The notes under the pieces: generated by a model
Told to the model about the DNA's origin: nothing
What the model saw: the letters and a program-made list of their open reading frames with translations, nothing else
The model's database searches: none
Part shown: positions 62,201 to 64,000 of the stretch, piece by piece
How positions within the stretch are numbered: the stretch's first letter is position 1
Layout: each line of letters opens with the position of its first letter
Source: Helicobacteraceae bacterium
GTDB taxonomy: Bacteria; Campylobacterota; Campylobacteria; Campylobacterales; Sulfurimonadaceae
NCBI GenBank assembly: GCA_027023805.1
Contig: JALVUF010000056.1
Coordinates: forward strand, 11,732-75,731
Direction of reading: 5' to 3'
Length of the DNA: 64,000 bases
Made by a program: the position numbers and the translations under genes

Positions 62201-63241
62201 AGCTGTTCTTGCTTTATCTAACGCACGATCATCAATATCTGTCGCAAAGATTTGTGATTTTATGTTTTTACCCGTCTGCTGTTTTATCATATCAATTAAA
62301 ATAGCCAGCGTGTATGCCTCCTCGCCGCTAGAGCATCCTATAGACCAGATCCTAATATTGTAATTTTGAGGTTTATCTTTGAGATATTCCTCCAGCTTCT
62401 CTTTTAACTTCAAAAAAGCATCTTTATCTCTAAAAAAAGAGGTTACATGTATCAGTATCTCTTGATGCAAAAGATCAATTTCTGCAGGATTTTTTTTAAT
62501 ATATAAGGTATATTCGTCCATATCTTTTAGATTTAGCATTAAGATACGTTTATTGATGCGCCTGTTTATCATTTCGGATTTATATTTAAAAATATCAAGA
62601 TGTTTATAGCTGTACAGCAGGTTTGCTATATCTCTAAAAGATGTGGGATATGAACTAGACTGCAAATCAGACCGCATAGAGATGATTGAGCGAAGGTGTA
62701 ATGCAATATCTTTTAAGCTCAGCTGATAGTCAACCATATTTGTATTTACGGCAGATTGGGGCATAGATGGATGTTTTGCGCTAGAGGGGAGCTGGGCTAT
62801 GACTGTACCGCCATGTTCTTTGATACTTAGTATCCCCTTTGAACCGTCATGACCCATGCCCGTTAAAACAACTGCTACGGCTTTATCGCGTTTATAAAGA
62901 GACAATGCCTTAAAAAGCAGATCGGCACTCGGGATGGGATGATGTGACGCTATTTTGACCTTTTGGAGTGTTAAAGCATGATCTTGATATATAAGATTGT
63001 AAGAAGGGGGAATGATATAGATATGATTAGGTTTAAAGTCACACTGCCTGCTAGCTTCTAAAACCGGCAACTTTGATTTTGCAGATAAAAGCTCTACTAG
63101 TGCACTCGGCTTATCTGGATTTGTATGTTGCGCTATGATGTAAACATAATCGGCTTTTTGCGGTAAATCATGCACAATCTCAGTGAGTGCTTCAAGCCCT
63201 CCCGCACTCGTTGCGATACCTATGTAAACTTCATCTGTCAT
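59264..63241 (-). CDS. 1325-aa CheB methylesterase / CheR methyltransferase / coiled coil / multi-PAS / histidine kinase fusion
   Basis: CheB domain: 'IATSAGGLEAL', 'GMGHDGSKG'. CheR domain: 'SFFRD', 'IWSIGCSSGEEAYTLAI', 'LRNVLIY'. Then 'SNEELQS' heptads, PAS repeats, the H-box 'IAHQWRQPL', and HATPase motifs 'NNAKDA', 'DSGGGI', 'GTGLGL'. Its stop overlaps the regulator's start (TAATG). Confidence 0.9.
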   Translation of the reverse strand: MTDEVYIGIATSAGGLEALTEIVHDLPQKADYVYIIAQHTNPDKPSALVELLSAKSKLPVLEASRQCDFKPNHIYIIPPSYNLIYQDHALTLQKVKIASHHPIPSADLLFKALSLYKRDKAVAVVLTGMGHDGSKGILSIKEHGGTVIAQLPSSAKHPSMPQSAVNTNMVDYQLSLKDIALHLRSIISMRSDLQSSSYPTSFRDIANLLYSYKHLDIFKYKSEMINRRINKRILMLNLKDMDEYTLYIKKNPAEIDLLHQEILIHVTSFFRDKDAFLKLKEKLEEYLKDKPQNYNIRIWSIGCSSGEEAYTLAILIDMIKQQTGKNIKSQIFATDIDDRALDKARTALYSQDEIKEIPDSILNEYFTKTNSDYRVKDLIKEQIIFTHHDILSDPPFIDQDLISLRNVLIYIEPNTQKEIFALCYNALKTNGILFLGLWEATLVEVKYFKLIDVDTKIYQKKILQNPPKLSVHYFNKHKKLNKEISLAKINNDKLTNIKKIVSKKMFDFFQPDFIILDEDYSIIYKKGDLPFIKMSDGFISLNILDNIHKELRYDLQNILQHTSNEKISQQTGFIEIKLDAEKTVLVRIIAFILNPKDRTLNFLLYFQQIDVNEIEFFIDNSIKNDNTLICTNLNLKLKKAKEEYDALQQQSVLYKENMQLLNEELQSSNEELQSQAEELETSNEELKSSNKELQNLNTKLASTLEQNKKLKENLSLILNSTQDAIIGLDINGNHTFVNDAAVSLLGFTRSELIGKNAHALWHHTKADGSIYPFKECTQHRNLKKGVTYIGKDLYWRKDGTSIRVSVIQTPIKQDNKIVGAVLSFHDITDKEILQKQLHAQEEIYKITVDRADIGIAHIGLDGVLIDSNPYLTLLLGYSQQELRHLSTADVTVAEDLDKEMKMVQQLLSKERQEYRIQKRFITKSKKIIWAEVSGTVVYDDHDKPLYLLKTIRDITEIKLLFLRLQDSQKMLKDIVDSIPVFIVVYNEDGKILMINKKFEQLSGLSTSNTKTLSDFSSALIQTKEEQKQTLEFYYSAFKNKKTILTERTITPKHGTKTTILSYLTSLSVKDKEGKRLAISTNIDITQKIKNEEIMISQSRQAAMGDMLSMIAHQWRQPLGVIAMSANNIHAMLDLQESIKPKVLRDFIATIDNQTQYLSKTVDDFREFFKPDKHKEAVLLDTIFQKLNTLVGKALQYNDIFLTLPKQSDIKIKTYQNQLIQVLLNIVNNAKDAIKERNPAKRNIVIALKTSKDKVNISICDSGGGIDKEVISKLTQPYVTTKGKNGTGLGLYMSEIIVTRHLDGNISWRNENGGACFEIELDRENE
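61154..61258 (-). repeat. Five imperfect tandem 21-nt repeats encoding (N/A)EELxSS heptads
   Basis: Coding-strand units: AATGAAGAGCTGCAAAGCTCA, AATGAAGAACTTCAAAGTCAG, GCAGAAGAGCTTGAAACCTCT, AATGAGGAGTTAAAAAGCTCT, AATAAAGAGCTGCAAAATCTA. Confidence 0.7.
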
Positions 63242-63287
63242 TATTCTTCCTCTGAAGTATTATAAGGCAAAGCGGCTGTATGTGAGC

Positions 63288-63953
63288 TTATGCTTGTAGT
63301 TTTTCTTTCATTAACCTATATATAAATATTGTTGATATGATACCGACCATTGCTCCGCCTACTATATCGCTTAGATAATGATCATCTGCAAAAATCCTTG
63401 ATATTCCGACAAGCAGCGCTATAAATAACCAAATATAGCGAAATCTTGGAAAAAGTATGCTCATATAAGTAAACATGGCAAACGCGGTTACCGCATGGCC
63501 CGAGGGAAAAGAAACATAGGTATTTAACTGATGTATAATCTCTTTTAGATGGTGATGTTTCAAAAGCGTAGGTGTGATGTGAGAAAACAGCTCAAATATG
63601 CCATACTGATGCCCGCCATTTTCAATGCCCCACGGACGCACTCTCCCGATTATGATTTTGATGATAAGCGCAACAAATGCTGAAAAAATATTGGCATATA
63701 AAACAAAAAGATATCGTTGTAGATAAAGATTGTTTTTTTTATAAAATCTATATACTAAAACACCTATAATACTGATACCAATATACCATTTTGACTGTCC
63801 GCCTATACTTAGGATATTGCCCAAAGCAAGGTATTGCTGTTTGTGGGTGATAAAATAGTGTGCGATTGAGGCGTCAAGATAGAAGTAGGAAAAAATGATA
63901 AAAAGTAATGATATACTTATAAAATAAAATAGTTGTTTATTTGAAAATGCCAT
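63288..63953 (-). CDS. PAP2-family membrane phosphatase (lipid phosphate / lipid A phosphatase-like)
   Basis: The three PAP2 motifs are present: 'KIIIGRVRP', 'PSGH' and 'SRIFADDHYLSD'. About 6 TM helices. Confidence 0.85.
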   Translation of the reverse strand: MAFSNKQLFYFISISLLFIIFSYFYLDASIAHYFITHKQQYLALGNILSIGGQSKWYIGISIIGVLVYRFYKKNNLYLQRYLFVLYANIFSAFVALIIKIIIGRVRPWGIENGGHQYGIFELFSHITPTLLKHHHLKEIIHQLNTYVSFPSGHAVTAFAMFTYMSILFPRFRYIWLFIALLVGISRIFADDHYLSDIVGGAMVGIISTIFIYRLMKEKLQA

Positions 63954-64000
63954 GCTAAACCTTTTTAAAAGCAGAATTATATACTAAAAACGATTACTAA

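Overview
The window is an AT-rich, densely coding chromosomal segment. Gene content and local gene order point to Campylobacterota (epsilonproteobacteria, Sulfurimonas/Helicobacter-like); this is inferred, not searched. The supporting gene strings are aroB-mtaB-ftsH paralog-small hydrolase-mogA and flgA-ubiX-coaD-tmk-hisS-speA-cysE.

Most of the window is core housekeeping:
- Respiration: a type-E succinate dehydrogenase/fumarate reductase (flavoprotein, Fe-S subunit and CCG-domain subunit).
- DNA repair and replication: uvrA, recR, mutS2, ligA.
- Amino-acid biosynthesis: ilvA, ilvBH, argD, a dapC-like aminotransferase, aroB.
- Envelope: murC, two tandem lpxD genes, a TolC-like protein, a PAP2 phosphatase.
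- RNA and cofactor genes: ribF, truD, tlyA.
- pycB/oadA.
- A few flagellar and chemotaxis genes: fliN, flgA, cheV.

I found no rRNA, tRNA or CRISPR array in any intergenic gap. I do not see a convincing intact multi-gene defense or mobile system.

Two regions stand out:
1. A roughly 2.1 kb decayed islet at about 14.8-16.9 kb. It holds an IS3-type end plus a truncated orfA, HsdR-N-like and helicase-C-like gene fragments, an intact XRE regulator and a GGDEF cyclase. It ends in a phased array of TGTCCGRAY repeats.
2. A signalling cluster at 55-63 kb. It holds cheV, an orphan molybdoenzyme, and a 1325-aa CheB-CheR-PAS-histidine kinase whose stop codon overlaps the start codon of a REC/HD-GYP/degenerate-GGDEF regulator.

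Smaller oddities are listed as separate findings. All family calls come from motifs read in the supplied translations. No database search was run.
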